DNA from: Balanoglossus misakiensis
Taxonomy: Eukaryota; Animalia; Hemichordata
Direction: 5' to 3'
NCBI GenBank assembly: GCA_040954595.2
Contig: CM082590.2
Span: 2,728,001 to 2,792,000, forward strand
Length of the DNA: 64,000 bases
The notes under the pieces were generated by a model. That model searched no databases. It was not told the origin of the DNA and saw only the letters and a list, made by a program, of their open reading frames with translations. Positions within the stretch are counted from its first letter, which is position 1; each line of letters begins with the position of its first letter. Positions 28,740-42,067 of the stretch are shown one piece after another. Position numbers and translations under genes: made by a program.

Positions 28740-30200
28740 AGAGTAATACACTGGGAACTATTATTTTTCAAAATTGGAAAATATGCCCCCAAAATACAAG
28801 ATATTGCCAACAAAAAGCATTGACACTTTCATCATTGGTTTTGTAAATTATCATGACAACGCACCCAGGAACCTTTAAATCAAATTTGAAAGCAATGGAG
28901 TAGAGGGTTCTGAGAAAGAGTTTTGACCAAAAATGGCAAAAATCACCCCAAAAATATAATATTAAATTCTTCTAGTTGATTTGACAAACATACATGCAAA
29001 TTTCCAAAGCAATCTATGAGCTGTTTTACATTTAAAAAATGATCAAAAAGGTAAAAATTGCTCGCAAATTTTGCAGCAATTTAAACAAAACTTTAGTAAC
29101 TCAGATCACCTATATGAAGCTCCATACTAAATTTCAAAGAGGTGGGCTGATTAATTCCAGAAAGGTAGTTTTTTTACAAAAATGTAGAAAAAGACAAACA
29201 AATGCGAAAAATAGAAAATTCAAAGTATTACCTCAAAACATACAGAATCATTATGACCAGGGGTTGCTGAGTTTCTGAGTTTTGACCAAATTAAGGTTTT
29301 TCCCAGAAAATTTGCATATTTTTGGCAATGTCAACTTCGTTTGAACAAACTCCCATCTACAACCCGGTATGCATCTACACACCAAATATCGAGGTTGTAC
29401 GCGTAGCAGTCTTCAAGTTTTTGATGTGGATGGACATACTCCCATACATCCATACAGATGCAACGTACCGATCTCATAAGGTCCCACTGGAATATACCAA
29501 TACAAATGTGACATAAACACTTGACTTGCGGGCGCTGTTACTCCTCAATGAAAGCAGATAACGCGACACAAACTGGTCATTTTTTTCAAACTTGTGCTAT
29601 AAGTAATATGTGTGACCAACTCTATGACTTAATTTTTTGTTAATGACCTAATACCAAACAAATAGATATGATCTAATTTAAAAAAACTTTCCCAAAACTG
29701 CCAAACACAAAAATGCAAACATCACCAAAATTATACAATATCTTACTTCGATGAGAACATGCTTACCAAAGTTCAAAGCAATCTGACAAGTGGTTTCAAC
29801 GAGAAAATCACAAGTTACCTCAAGAACACAAATAAGCAAATTTCAACAAAATTTTCAAACAACTTACAATTGCTTAACCCTGAGAACATGTCTACCAATT
29901 CCCAAAGCAATCTGACAAGCACGAGGTTTCAGAGAAAACGATTTTTGACCAAAAATTGCAAAATTTGGCTCATAATTACAAATGTGCAAACTTTGCAACA
30001 ATTACACCTATAGGAAGATTTATACTAAATGTTAAAGAAATCAGCCAATTACTTTCATAGAAAATATTTTACCATTGTGTTAAAAGACAAAACATTCCTA
30101 AAAAGTAGACAATTCACGATGTTAGCTTAGAACTTATATAGCTCTATGATCTTGGCATAAGAAACATGCATACCACTTTTCAAAGCAATCTGACCAGTAG
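28740..30200. repeat. Degenerate HINE-type tandem-unit relics
   Basis: Recurring AAATTT(C/G)AAAGCAATC...TTTTGACCAAAAAT units, also seen at 26220-26480 and inverted at 43600-44200. Confidence 0.55.
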
Positions 30201-32280
30201 TTCCCAGCTAACAACTGAGAACAGAATAGCCAAAATCATCACCAGCGCCTAACACTACATTTGATTTTAATCAGATGAAAAAGGGAAGTAAGCAGACCAT
30301 TTGTTGGAGCGGCTGATCCTCACCTGAAATCAAAGAGACAGACAAAAGCACTCATTTTATCAGAATATTTATTTTATGTATGCAAAAATCCTAACATGAT
30401 ATCTCTGTCTACCTGTTTATCCTGATAGGAAAATTGTTAGAATAAAAATATCAAAGATATTTCTTCCTAACGCTGCATACACTATGTACATACTCTAGCA
30501 GTCTTGAAAGTACAATGAAATGTTTGTCAAAAGCTCTTCTTAAAAACTGCATAACATACCAAACTTTCAGTACAATATAAGCAATATCCGGAAAAAAATT
30601 AAACCAACTTAGCATCTTATGCAAAATGAAAGAAATTGAGGAATCGTGTCCCCCCTTCCCTTCAGCACTATACATGATTCTACAGCCTCAGGGTGTCATT
30701 CTTCACACAAACATAAAATGAATGGCTGAAATTCTAGAAATGTAGAAACAATGACATGTGAATATTGTTATTAAAAATGTGATTTTAATCGTTTGGCAAC
30801 TATGGTCACTTCCTAATAATTGACTATATTTCTTAACATGCATCTAATAGTTTGATTCTACCATGCTTGTCACGGATTTTGCCGATCACCAAACACAAAA
30901 CACAACAAAATGGTTTAACAGTTTCACAAGCCATATGCCTAAAACAGGGACATCATCAGTTCATATGTATGGCCAGTCTGGCTACAGAGGTGAACTGACT
31001 ATGTATATGCATGGGATTCTTTTATATCCCTTTGGTCACGTGACCAGTTTATATATTTTCTGCTATTTCCCCAAGGGATTCATAGTCGATTCTATTTTCT
31101 TATCACCTGACGGATTCTGGCGAATCATGACACAGTGTTAGCATGAGGTATGTTATAAATACAGATATTACATACATACCGGTATTCAAATGAACTAATG
31201 GTTCGGTCCAAATCCATTGTTTCTGTTGGAAAAGTTGGATGTCTACACAGGGAACTGGGGGTGAATGGTGAGAGTGCTAAGAAAAAAGGCTGATGGTAAT
31301 TTTCCATTTTTATCTAACCTGTATACATGTGTGTGCTTAATCTTTCCCAATAATGCTGACACACAACAAGTTAATTGTTTTACAAAACTCTCATTGAGAG
31401 TCAAATGAAGGCACCTGATATAAGCCCAAAGACTTCATTCTTTTCCACACACCACTTTTCTCTTTTCAAAGAGCTCCATTTCAAATTGTGTACACAAACA
31501 ATGTCATTGTCACTGCCCAAGCCCAAACTTTCAAATTACAATGTGACATTTCAAAACACTGTTAGACTTCCCAATGAAACATTAACTCTGGATCGGTATC
31601 CATTCAAATTAGTGACAGCCCCGGGGTTAGATTGTTGTTAATTTTGTTATAATGGTGATATTTAATTGTTTGGCTTTAACAAAAATTATGACATGGACGT
31701 ATAAACGTGTTATGTCCACACATATGCTGTGAGTTCAGCTTCAATCCAATTTCATAACAAATTATTCAACAACAAAAATAGAAAATGAACATCAAGAGCT
31801 AGTGACTTCGTGGCTTTCACATGATAAATATACATTGCCCCATGCTAGAGTGTAATATTAACATGTCTCATACAACCTACAATTCTCTGTATATAACCAA
31901 ACACATTCATTATAGCTGCATTAGTTGGGTCACATAATTAGTTGGGCTGCATTAGTTGGGTCACATGACCTGAGCAATCCATGTTTTTGCAAGTGTTGTA
32001 TTGTCACTGTTATAGTGTGACTTCTTTGGTGTAATGCTCCAATGAACATGTGAGTTTCAATTGGATAGATAAATGACCAATAACACAAAGTCTGTGATTG
32101 GGTAATACAAATGATTGGTATACAACTGGAAGTTCTGACACTGAAAGAGCTGTCTATTGCTCTCTTCCCTGAGGGAGCGATAGAGAGTAACTTTAGAGAT
32201 ACATTCTCCAATGATCAGGAGTTAATAAGGTATTAGTCTAGTATATAGCTGTATTTTATCTGCTTTGCTTTCAAAAAACT

Positions 32281-32569
32281 ATGCATGCCACTGGCCCAAT
32301 AAAGCATGATACCCCTTGCAGGGAATCGTGATGTAATTAGCATCCCTTTGAAGTCAATCACGGACTTTGTTTTTCCAATGATTGGTCAAAGGATACATAT
32401 GTGTGATTAAGGATTGGTACCATTTTAAATTTAAATTAGCCTTGCCTTTACTATAACCTTACACACAATCGCCATTGTTCAGTTTATGTCAGTGACTTTA
32501 AGGGGGATGGTAGTTACATCACAATTCCCAGCAAGAGCTATCAGGCTTTATTGGGCCAGTGGCATGCAT
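32281..32569. mobile_element. MITE with ~31-bp TIRs
   Basis: ATGCATGCCACTGGCCCAATAAAGC.TGATA at the left end and its reverse complement at the right end. Superfamily not resolved. Confidence 0.8.
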
Positions 32570-32614
32570 CACTCTTGATGTTAGTTTTGGAAGTGGAAAA
32601 AATATGGCTATATA

Positions 32615-32820
32615 CTGTAAAACATGAAATTTTCGCAACGGGAAATTTTCATAATATCAAATGTGGCAACTGTTATGCAACGATTAATTTTCGCATTCTC
32701 GAATTTCAATTCATCATTATTTCTGAAAAACATGTTTACGCGACTTTTTAGTTTCGTGTTTTTTTAGCACTTGCATGATTCGGGCGAATTTATCTCTCAT
32801 GAAAATTTCCCATTTTACAT
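32615..32820. mobile_element. Degenerate TA-flanked MITE (CTGTAAAA family)
   Basis: TA-CTGTAAAACATGAAATTTTC...GAAAATTTCCCATTTTACA, with a related copy at 55049-55238. Confidence 0.6.
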
Positions 32821-33307
32821 ACATCCTAAGTATCATTTTTTCACACCAGAAGACGATGCACAGTTGCTTTGTGTATGGCATACTTTGTATTACAATAGAC
32901 ACTGACAACTAGTTACATCCTCCCAGCATACAAATATGGTTATATTGAAATAAGGCATTATGATGGAAACAATGTAAAGCTAATGCAAGAATTAGTACAG
33001 ACCGAGTATATTATGTTACTACACTGGAATAACAATTTCGTGTTATTTGATCTGTTTAAATTTTTTTTTTAAATCAAGGAACACTGAAGAATGAGTGGAG
33101 GTGATAGCTTTGGAATGGATATGTCTGTATACAGTAAATGAGAGTGATAAATATTCCAAATCCCCAATACTTGACTGTCTGGAAAAAACCTTGAGAATTT
33201 TCTGACATTTCTTTGGGCATCTGGGTTTCATTTAGTATATAGAAGTTACAACGGTAATGAAGGCATGAACAGTCTCCTGTTCATTATAGTCAGTTTCCTG
33301 TAAGAAT

Positions 33308-33556
33308 TTATTGATTCGGAATATCAAAAAGACTCATGTCAACAGCCAGCAGATTACTACATGATTGTTGCAGTGTTTGTTGCATGCTGGGTGCCAAGTC
33401 CATCTGAGGTACCTGTGGTCGCGGCCGTGGCTGTTGTCCTAGTTACAGCTGTTGTTGTTGTTGTTGTGATAACTGTTGCTGTTGTTGTTGTTGTTGCCAT
33501 GTTTGTTGTTGTGGTGGTGGAATGGTTGCTTTTGTTCCGCTGGCTTGTTGCTGCTG
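33308..33556 (-). pseudogene. Probable terminal exon of a Q-rich gene, with an internal stop
   Basis: After a ctgcag acceptor it reads QQQQASGTKATIPPPQQQTWQQQQQQQQLSQQQQQQL*LGQQPRPRPQVPQMDLAPSMQQTLQQSCSNLLAVDMSLFDIPNQ*. The TAA at 33443-33445 lies in a CAA-rich tract. Phase 0 matches the upstream exon. Confidence 0.65.
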
Positions 33557-35121
33557 CTGCAGTTAAATACAAACAAAACAGTTTTCTTTTAAAGTCACTT
33601 CACAGCAAATGGCAATGTATCAGGAGACACTTCTTTTTAATTTTCTTTACATTTGTCAATCAGACTGAAATTTAGGGCGGCATATAGTTAGTTACTGTAC
33701 AATGGGAAATTGATTTAGGCTGTGTCTAAAATTGATGGTTAGTTTCAGGACCCCTGTTGACCTAATTAATTATGTACACTCCTAATTCTAGGCTAACCAA
33801 TAGATCTAGAAGTTTAGATTTTGTAGGACATAGATCAGTTTAGGATCAAAACTTTTTGACAAAATTTTGGGTATCCACAGCAGATAATCCTTAGCATTCT
33901 GTAGGAACCCTGGGAATTGCTTGGGCCCAGTGAACACTGCTTGCAGCTTTAATTCACCATGTTCTCAGATGCAGACATTTTGAAGAGAATATGATTTAAA
34001 TTCTAAGCAGACTTTTGTTAAAGTGTAATGTTCATCTAACACACATTTGCCAAAGCAGAGACTCTAGTTACAAAATTGTTATCTATGCCACAAGTGCTGT
34101 CTTAACAACAGACAAGGTGGCGGCAACCATAGTCTGTGTCATAGATTAGGAAAAGACAGCAAATTGAGTGAAAAGAAGAGACAAAACTAAATTCTTCTTA
34201 TCTGGCATGCAAGAAATATAGAAGGAAGCGAAGGCAGTCCACTATATGAATGCACGCACATAAAATTGTGCAGAATATTTGGATTGGACGTTATTTTGTA
34301 CACACAAAATTAACGCATATGTGCATAAGAGTAAGATGATTGTCGTCATTTAAAACTGTCTGTCAGAGGTTATCATCAGTGCTTCCACACTGGTACCATG
34401 GAAAAACTAGAGGAATTGAAAATAAGAATGAGACAAGATTTGTTGTATTTCTTTGTCGGTAATTTAGGTCTGCTTTCCTTCCAGCTTTTCCCCCCACACT
34501 AAAACTGAACAGGTTGGACCAGTCACACCTCCCTTAATCCTATTGGTCCCAATGTTTATTTCATCAATATATCTATGGCATGCTGACTTGGACAATAATT
34601 CTGACACAAAATTGATCATGAGTGTGAACTGATTGCATAAACATTTTTCGAAAGTACTTCCTGTAAAAAGGGAGGAGGCTCCACACACCAGACTATTTTT
34701 GTTTATGTACATGACTTACACATGCGGGGGTTGTCAACTTGATGAAATAGCCATTCTCTAGATTCCCTATTGTTATAAGAGTGTACATAAACATGAAAAG
34801 TAAAATCATGAATATTAATAGATGTGGTGTGTATGGCCGATTTGAGGCAAATCAGCCATACCCACCACGTCTAAATCTGTGTGGGGAAAAGTTGTCATGT
34901 TGGGCAAATAGTTCATTGAATTTATTCTGTGTGACTGTCAGGTCTTCAATACATTAAAATCATTTTGGGAATGGCACAGACCATGTTATTTGTACCATCA
35001 AGAAAGCTCCTTTTTGAGAAAACTTATTTCATTTTTCCCCACATAACAATTCCCAGAAGTGCCACTGGTACCAGTCTTGGTTTTCAAAATATTCACTGTA
35101 CACATTATTATGACAACTTAC

Positions 35122-35361
35122 TTGTAAGAGGTGTTTTAGTTGTTGATTTGTTGATTGTATATTGGATGGCTGTGCTTGCACTGCTTGTTGTTGTTGTTGG
35201 GCTCTCTCTTGTTGTAACCTTTGTAATTGCTGTTGTTGTTGATGTTGTTGTCTTAGAGCTATGAGTTGACTTTGTCTGGCATGTTGATCTTGCTGTTGTT
35301 TCAATTCAAGTTCTTTTTTCTGTGCCATCTCTAGATTCTTCTGCAGTGCTTGAATATTCCT
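35122..35361 (-). CDS. Glutamine-rich exon (240 bp, open frame, phase 0-0)
   Basis: Bounded by a tttcag acceptor and a gtaagt donor. It reads RNIQALQKNLEMAQKKELELKQQQ...NQQLKHLLQ and ends in an LxxLL motif. Confidence 0.75.
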
Positions 35362-36469
35362 CTGAAAGATCAAACAAAGAAAAGTGTAAACATTCAAACA
35401 TTGTCATCTGTGTCAATCTACCTACATGTAACATGACTACAGGAGCTTCAGCCAAGCCAAGCTTTTCACTTGGGAGATTATTGAAATCAATTTAAAACTC
35501 AGCAACTCCAACTTCGGGTTATTTTCTCAATACTTTTGTTTTGGCGGTCACCTTTCATTGAACAATGAATGGGCAAGTGCTCGCTCACTTCTTCACTGAA
35601 TTTCACTGTTTGTTTATCTTATCATAAAAAAACTTGGGCATCGCAGTCCTTTGGACAAAAATATTCATGTGTGGTGATTTAAAATCAATGTTGCAAGAAG
35701 AAGAATTAATCACAGGATTAACGGTTTCTGATTGAAAAATACTAAATGCTTAATATGCCATATGCCGTACACAGAGTGATCACATTAGTCAATAGGACAG
35801 CTGTTCCAAAGGACTAAAATGATGGCAACGTTTTAATATTATATTTATTGTACAAAACCTTGCATCTGAGCTTTACTTTAAAGTACTTCCATTTACTAGT
35901 AGTACAAGTGCACATCAGTTAACATTGACAGCTAGGCATGACGTCATAGATGTAGGACTTCAAAATGGACATTCTGAACAGTGGGGGCGCTCTATCATGG
36001 TGGATTTTAATGAACATGTGTATTTAATTTCATCACTCACATTTGTCCATGGAAACTGTATTTTAACATACGCTTATAGTTAAGGCATTTGCAGTATCTA
36101 GTCATATTACAGTAATACACCAGACATGTTCTTAACTCAACTAAATGTGTGTAAGTTCAATTTCTGACCTCACTCAGATTACCCAAGTCCATGTGACAAA
36201 CTCAAGTATACAGACTTGAACTCCGGAAAAACTAGTCACCTACAATACTTGAAATGGAGCCACATCCAAAACTTGACTTTGAGATCTTTTATCAAATCAG
36301 TTTTCCTTTTAGAATTAGAACTCCCATGCAATTTTTGTGAGAGAGGAAATAAATAGATTCTCAGAAAAAAACAGTTTCCTCTTTAAAGATCCAACCTTAC
36401 CATAGAAAATAAAAGGTTTAGACTGAACCATAGTGGTGAAAGGGTTAAGCCAGAGCATGTATCAAAATA

Positions 36470-36639
36470 CAGTAAAACCTGTCTCAACCGAACCCTGTCT
36501 AATCTGGAAACCAGTCTATTTCAAAGACATTGTTCAAACCTTTTGACATAGAACCACATGTTGAAAGAACCTCTTTAAATTGTACACCTGCAATCTGAAC
36601 AATTTCTTCAGTCCCTTTGGTGTTAGACAGGTTTGACTG
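36470..36639. mobile_element. Tc1/mariner (pogo-like) MITE
   Basis: TA-CAGTAAAACCTGTCT...AGACAGGTTTGACTG-TA. Confidence 0.8.
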
Positions 36640-37097
36640 TACTTGAAAGTGCAATTGAACAAAAATGCTAAAAAATATAATTGCAGAGAGTCAGTATTTT
36701 AGGCTGGGCATCATCTACATAGTTCCCAGAATCAATACTGTCACAGTAGTCCATTTCTCTATGTACCAAATTTTTATAAAACATTGCTATGCAGTCATGT
36801 TACCCTTCCAAGATGCAAACATGAGGCCAGTTGGTCACAAAGTAAAAACTTGATTGTCTTGTGTATCAACACTATAGTTGGGACTTATGTTCGACAGCCA
36901 CATTTTATTGTAAGGTCAGTTTTACACGCAACTTGTATCATGTATACAACAAACTAGATGAGCTCGAGCAGTACTCTACTGACCGCCTTTTTCACATTGT
37001 CTGCATTGAGATGACACTTTATTTTGGAAGGCTGCCCTCTTTATGAAAAATGTCATGATTGTGTTACACGTAAAAAAGACAGAAATCAACACAACAG

Positions 37098-37282
37098 CAG
37101 TCAAACCTGCTCATTATGGCTAGTGAAGGGACTTTTCTAAACTGGCCTTTATAGATAAGTGGCCATTATACCTTGTAGAAAGTCAATTAATGTACATGTA
37201 AATTGCACAGGGACTAGAATAAAGTGGCCACTATATAGAGGTGGCTGCCTAATAGAGGTGGCCACTCAAACAGGTTTGACTG
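37098..37282. mobile_element. Tc1/mariner (pogo-like) MITE
   Basis: CAGTCAAACCTG...CAGGTTTGACTG-TA. Confidence 0.75.
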
Positions 37283-37423
37283 TATGTTGATTTGTGTCAT
37301 GAATAGCCGACATTTACCAATGACTGATTGTACAATATATGATTTCAGTGTCACATATACATGTATAAGACACTAAGTACAAACCCATACATCTTACTTT
37401 CTCTCCAAATTGTAGATACTCAC

Positions 37424-37533
37424 CAACGCATGTATGTTGAATCCTGGTCTGCAACCACACTGGTAACTGGTTGGTGTGTTGTAACATACTCGTTGGCATG
37501 GTGACCAACCAGCTTGATCGCACTCATTGTCAT
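37424..37533 (-). pseudogene. Calcium-binding EGF exon with a frameshifting deletion
   Basis: Bounded by cag and gtgagt. It reads (D)DNECDQAGWSPCQRVCYNTPTSYQCGCRPGFNIHAL. The exon is 110 bp and the sixth Cys (ACA TGC GTT G) is out of frame. Confidence 0.8.
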
Positions 37534-39401
37534 CTGCAGGGAAAACACAAATATCATAAAATGTATTAGAATGAATACATGTGAATTACAGTTGTCTTTG
37601 AGTGCACATTTGAAAATATACGACAAGAGAGCAAAATTGTGTGAAACTTAATAAATATCATCTGGCATACAACTTGGTCATATCATATGTTTATCTGTAC
37701 CAGTACTGAATACTGATAAACAAACAATGTAGTAACCAAATAACATTTAACAAGGTAGTGTTTGAAAGCCAAAAATATCATGCATAAGACAACAAACTCA
37801 TTGTTTTGGCTCCGAAGTGTAAACAGAGGAGTCTGTCAAGTTGGGTATGAGCTACTACTTCCGTCTGTCAAACTACTTCCGTCCGTCAAGAATTCATACC
37901 ATTTTCTAGTAGGGGTGTGTAGCTTTATGTTTTTGGCGGTGGTGTGTAGCTTTGAGGTGTTGAGGAAGAATTGGAACAGTGACAGAAATCGGAACGGATT
38001 AGCCAGCAGTGTTTTCACTACCCGCGAGAAAACAGTTGTGTTTGGCGAGACGATTTTCATACAAATTGGTCAAACTTGTGAAGAACTGCTATCTAACATC
38101 GTCATTTGTTTTGCCATGATCAACTTGCCACGATCAGTGCACTACAATGCGTGAAATTGGACCGCTGTTCTGTTCATTGATCATCACCCCCCCCCCCCCC
38201 CCCCCCCCCCCCGTATCATGAACATTGTAAGGCAATACATTGAATTCAGCTCTTCCAGCTAGTGGCCGCACTCGCTTGATTTCCTGTGTGTGTCTCTGGG
38301 GACACAAATAATGCATATGCGTCTTTTTCTAATTTGCATATTTTGAATTGGTTAGGTGTGCCTTGACTTGAACGCGTCAAGCGTACAGGTTGTTATGGAA
38401 GTTTCTTTTTAGAACGACTAGTGTTAGTCTGTGGGCCCAACCAGCAAAAATAAGTTCTAGAAATGTCATTATGTTGTATAAGAGTTTTGTTCTACATGAA
38501 ATTAGCTGGAAATGACAGGTGGGAAACTATTGATGTGAAATCAGGTCACTTCTACCGAAAATGATGGACCAGAGAGCAATGACTTTTTAAAATTATTTCA
38601 TATACTATGTTCACAACTGCTATGCTCCCATAAACTGGGGAAACTAAATGATTGAACTTTCTGTTTGAACAATTCATGTATTTTTTTGCTAACACCTACA
38701 CTACTATAGTCAGCACATGACATTACCTATATACTTGAAAATGGAGAACTTTTTATCAAAACACTTAAGCTGATCTTGAATGCTGTCTGATATTTTTTTT
38801 CAAAATATATTTCTTTCACGTTTAGACTAGTGCTTCTACTTGCACTGTTTTTTTTTCAAAACACATTTCTCATAGCTTGCACTGGTGCAATTTGATACGA
38901 CAATACACAATGAATTCCATCAGTATAACATAAGATACAAAATCTGAGAGGGAAATGACAGAATATATTTGTGTGAGGCGAGTTGTGTGTGCGGGCCATT
39001 TTAAGACTAAATTTAAAACAGTTATTAGAGCCATTGACAAGTGGTTTTTCCCTCTGCCAAGCACCCACCTTATCAAGCTTCATTCAATATTACATGAGCA
39101 AAACAGTTCAGCATTTCACCTTGGTGTTTGCAAATTGTTCCTTTCACCCATATACCAAACCACTGTTCTCCAAACATGCTGCTCATCAGCCACTACACAC
39201 TGAGAGAGCACCAGGTGTCCTTGACGCTATTTTTTTAAATTTCTAACTATGGAAAGTGCCTGATAACTTTTAATTATTTTCTGTTTTAACATGGTGACTG
39301 ACTGTAAAGTCTGTCACTTACAACTTCTGTAAGCGCCCTTTTGAAGCAGGAGATGCAAATCCATTGTTGACCTATCCCCACCCCACTCAAAAAAAACTTA
39401 C

Positions 39402-39521
39402 CTAAACAATTGACATGCTCTGCACTCAGAGAGAAACCATCATCACCACAACTACAGCTGAATCCACCCTCTGCATTGAGAAAACCTCCAGCACAAACAG
39501 AATCTGAACACTCATTCACAT
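39402..39521 (-). pseudogene. Calcium-binding EGF exon, third Cys lost
   Basis: Bounded by ttcag and gtaag, 120 bp, phase 1-1. It reads (D)VNECSDSVCAGGFLNAEGGFSCSCGDDGFSLSAEHVNCL. Confidence 0.8.
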
Positions 39522-39838
39522 CTGAAAATAGAGAGAAAAAAACATCCGTTGTAATTATTCAAGTCAATACCAATCCTCCCTTCCTTTAAAAATTTCCATA
39601 AAGTGAACAAATTCACATGGCTTTGAAATTAGTATTAACAGTGATATTTATAATATTTCTAACAGGCCTGACTTTTCTAAACTTTGAGTTTCTTTGTGGA
39701 TTTGTAGAAATGATCTACAAACTGAGCTGTCAGGTCATAACTGTTTGTGCTTTGGCATGTACACATATCCCAGTATGCCCTACATGGTTGGCAGTGAAAT
39801 TGATAAAATCTTCACCTAAGATTTCAAACTCGTAGATC

Positions 39839-40245
39839 TTAATAGATTCTCACACGCCTGGCATGCTGAGAGTGTGGGATCAGAGTGTGAGAACAAATCA
39901 ATCCCACACACTCACTGAATCGAAAGCTGTATATGACGCGAGCGCCGATTGGATGACAAAGCGTTTTTTAATAACGTGCGCTAAATGTTATCCAATGACA
40001 CGATAAAGAAACTACATGCCAGATGACAATTCAAGAGTCATTTATTCAATGTTTTAAGACGAATTTAGCTAATTTGTGCCCGTGTGAGAAATATAATCTC
40101 ATACACAAAGGACCTATGATCATATTTCCCACACTCGTCAGGGATATTTTGTCCCACACTCGCCTGCGGCTTGTGTGGGACAGAAAATCCCCAACTCATG
40201 TCAGAATTATGACCCCTAGTCCTTGGGAGTGTGAGATTCTATTAA
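39839..40245. mobile_element. Non-autonomous DNA element with terminal inverted repeats and an internal hairpin
   Basis: Ends TTAATAGATTCTCACAC and GTGTGAGATTCTATTAA. Internal stem TGTCCCACAC-TCGCCTGCGGCTT-GTGTGGGACA. Confidence 0.55.
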
Positions 40246-41199
40246 TCTCACAACCTTAGGACCTGGGATAAGATTTCTCAGATGAGTTGGTGATATTTTG
40301 GCTTGTGTTAGTCAACATATACCTGATAAGTGTAAAAAATTGCGTCAAGGACACAGTGGTCCCATTCAGTCTACACGGAGTACATATACACAGTCAGATC
40401 GCACGGTGCTCATTTGCATATGAAAGTTCATCAAGCGAGCGACCGTTAACTTTCAAACAGACGGCAATAGGCCAGTTTTCAAGGTGATTTTCAACTTGAT
40501 TTTTACGCTCTGTTGTGCAATAAAATACCATGTTAGCTGGATAAATTACGAAAGTGATTCCCATTTTTCACTGCATACGTAAATTTTATGAAAATCTGTG
40601 GTAATAGTAAAAGTTTTTAACGTGTTTTCGGTGGTATGTTGGTGACCCCGAAAGAGACGTCCACAAACGTGTCACAAATCATTTGAAAACGACCTCAGAA
40701 AGTAACCAAACTTTCCTGATAGAGAGGTCTAATATCGGTCCCAACATCCGTGAAAAGAAATTAATTTGAAATGCTTGCGTAACAGGAAGTGTTGCATTGA
40801 TCGTGAAACGATAAGTTTACCATGGGGAAACAGCCTTTGAAAGGCAATTCTTAAGTAAAACAGTTACTGGATAATGGATAACACCCTAAGGTAACATATT
40901 AGCCAAGTTTTAACTTAATTACTGGCCTGATTTCGACACAACATCGATCAATCGCCTACAAATGTAGGTCCCATATGGACAGAATGCCAGGTTTACCATA
41001 CATGACTACGTACGTGTGAGGAGCTCAGCTGGTGTATTTTTTTTTCTCCGTATCATGGCCTGGGATATAAGTAGATGTTTCGAATATGCAAAATGCCAAC
41101 TGTAACTTCGAAACCATTTCCCTTTATTCGCTGATGATATGTGCAATAAATATTTGTGTCTGAAGGCAAGCAATTTTGTTTTGACTTTTGTTGTCATCA

Positions 41200-41960
41200 T
41201 TGCATTGGGCTGAACATGACAGAGTTTGAGCTGATCAGCTGACTTCAAGTTTCGATTTGGAACATATAATTTGATCATATCAGACAGATATGATGGTCCA
41301 AGTCTATGAATGAATTCAAAAATAAGAAATAACATCTTGAAAACAATACGATCAGACACAGGTAACCAATGCAACTGAAATTGCATTGATGTAAAAGGTG
41401 ATTTTGGAACTAGCAGCAATATTTTGAACTTGAATACGACTGATCTCGTACTTAGGGAGCCCAAATAAAAGTGAATTACACAAATCTATTCGAAATGCAA
41501 CAAAAGCAGGAACTTTATTGCTCTGTGGCGGCTTGAGATAAATATTTACAGACAAGTGCAATATGCTGCAAATGAAAAAGCGACTGAATGGCAGATCTGT
41601 GCAATCATTGTCAGAAAATGAACTGGTTTCAGAGCATCACATGAATTTCTGTAATCCCTCTGGCAGATAGATTACCCGAAGTAGCAGAAAAAATAACAAA
41701 TTCAGTCTTATCGTTATTTAAACACAAGACATTTTCAGACATCCAGTACCGCATAAAGCATTCTGGGAGCATTCTCGTTGGTAAAAGACAATGAAGAGCC
41801 ATCTGCATAAAAGCTATATACAGGCATCCATGACTAGAAACTAATTTCCCTAATGGAGAAGTGTACATATTAAAAAGTAGAGGACAAAGAAGTGATCCTT
41901 GTGTTACCGCAGTGTCAAGCGGATAAAATGGTGATTGTTTGGAACACGGTTATAGTAACC
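41200..41960 (-). mobile_element. L2/CR1-type LINE reverse-transcriptase C-terminal fragment, degenerate
   Basis: Motifs VTQGSLLCPLLFNMYTSPL, LNNDKTEFVIF, IDLCNSLLFGLP and LHWLPVSDRIVFKML occur across frameshifts. Confidence 0.8.
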
Positions 41961-42067
41961 ATGTCTGAAATTAACACATACACACTGGGTGCGATTGAAA
42001 AGGTATGACTGAAACCACAACAGGGCTGCAACCCCCAAAAGACCAAATCAATTTCTTTGATGATTCA

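Noticed and set aside
33357-35264. Poly-Val and poly-Thr ORFs (33361-33675, 33357-33572, 34965-35264) as membrane or mucin proteins
   Set aside because: They are antisense or shifted frames of the CAA/CAG polyQ exons.
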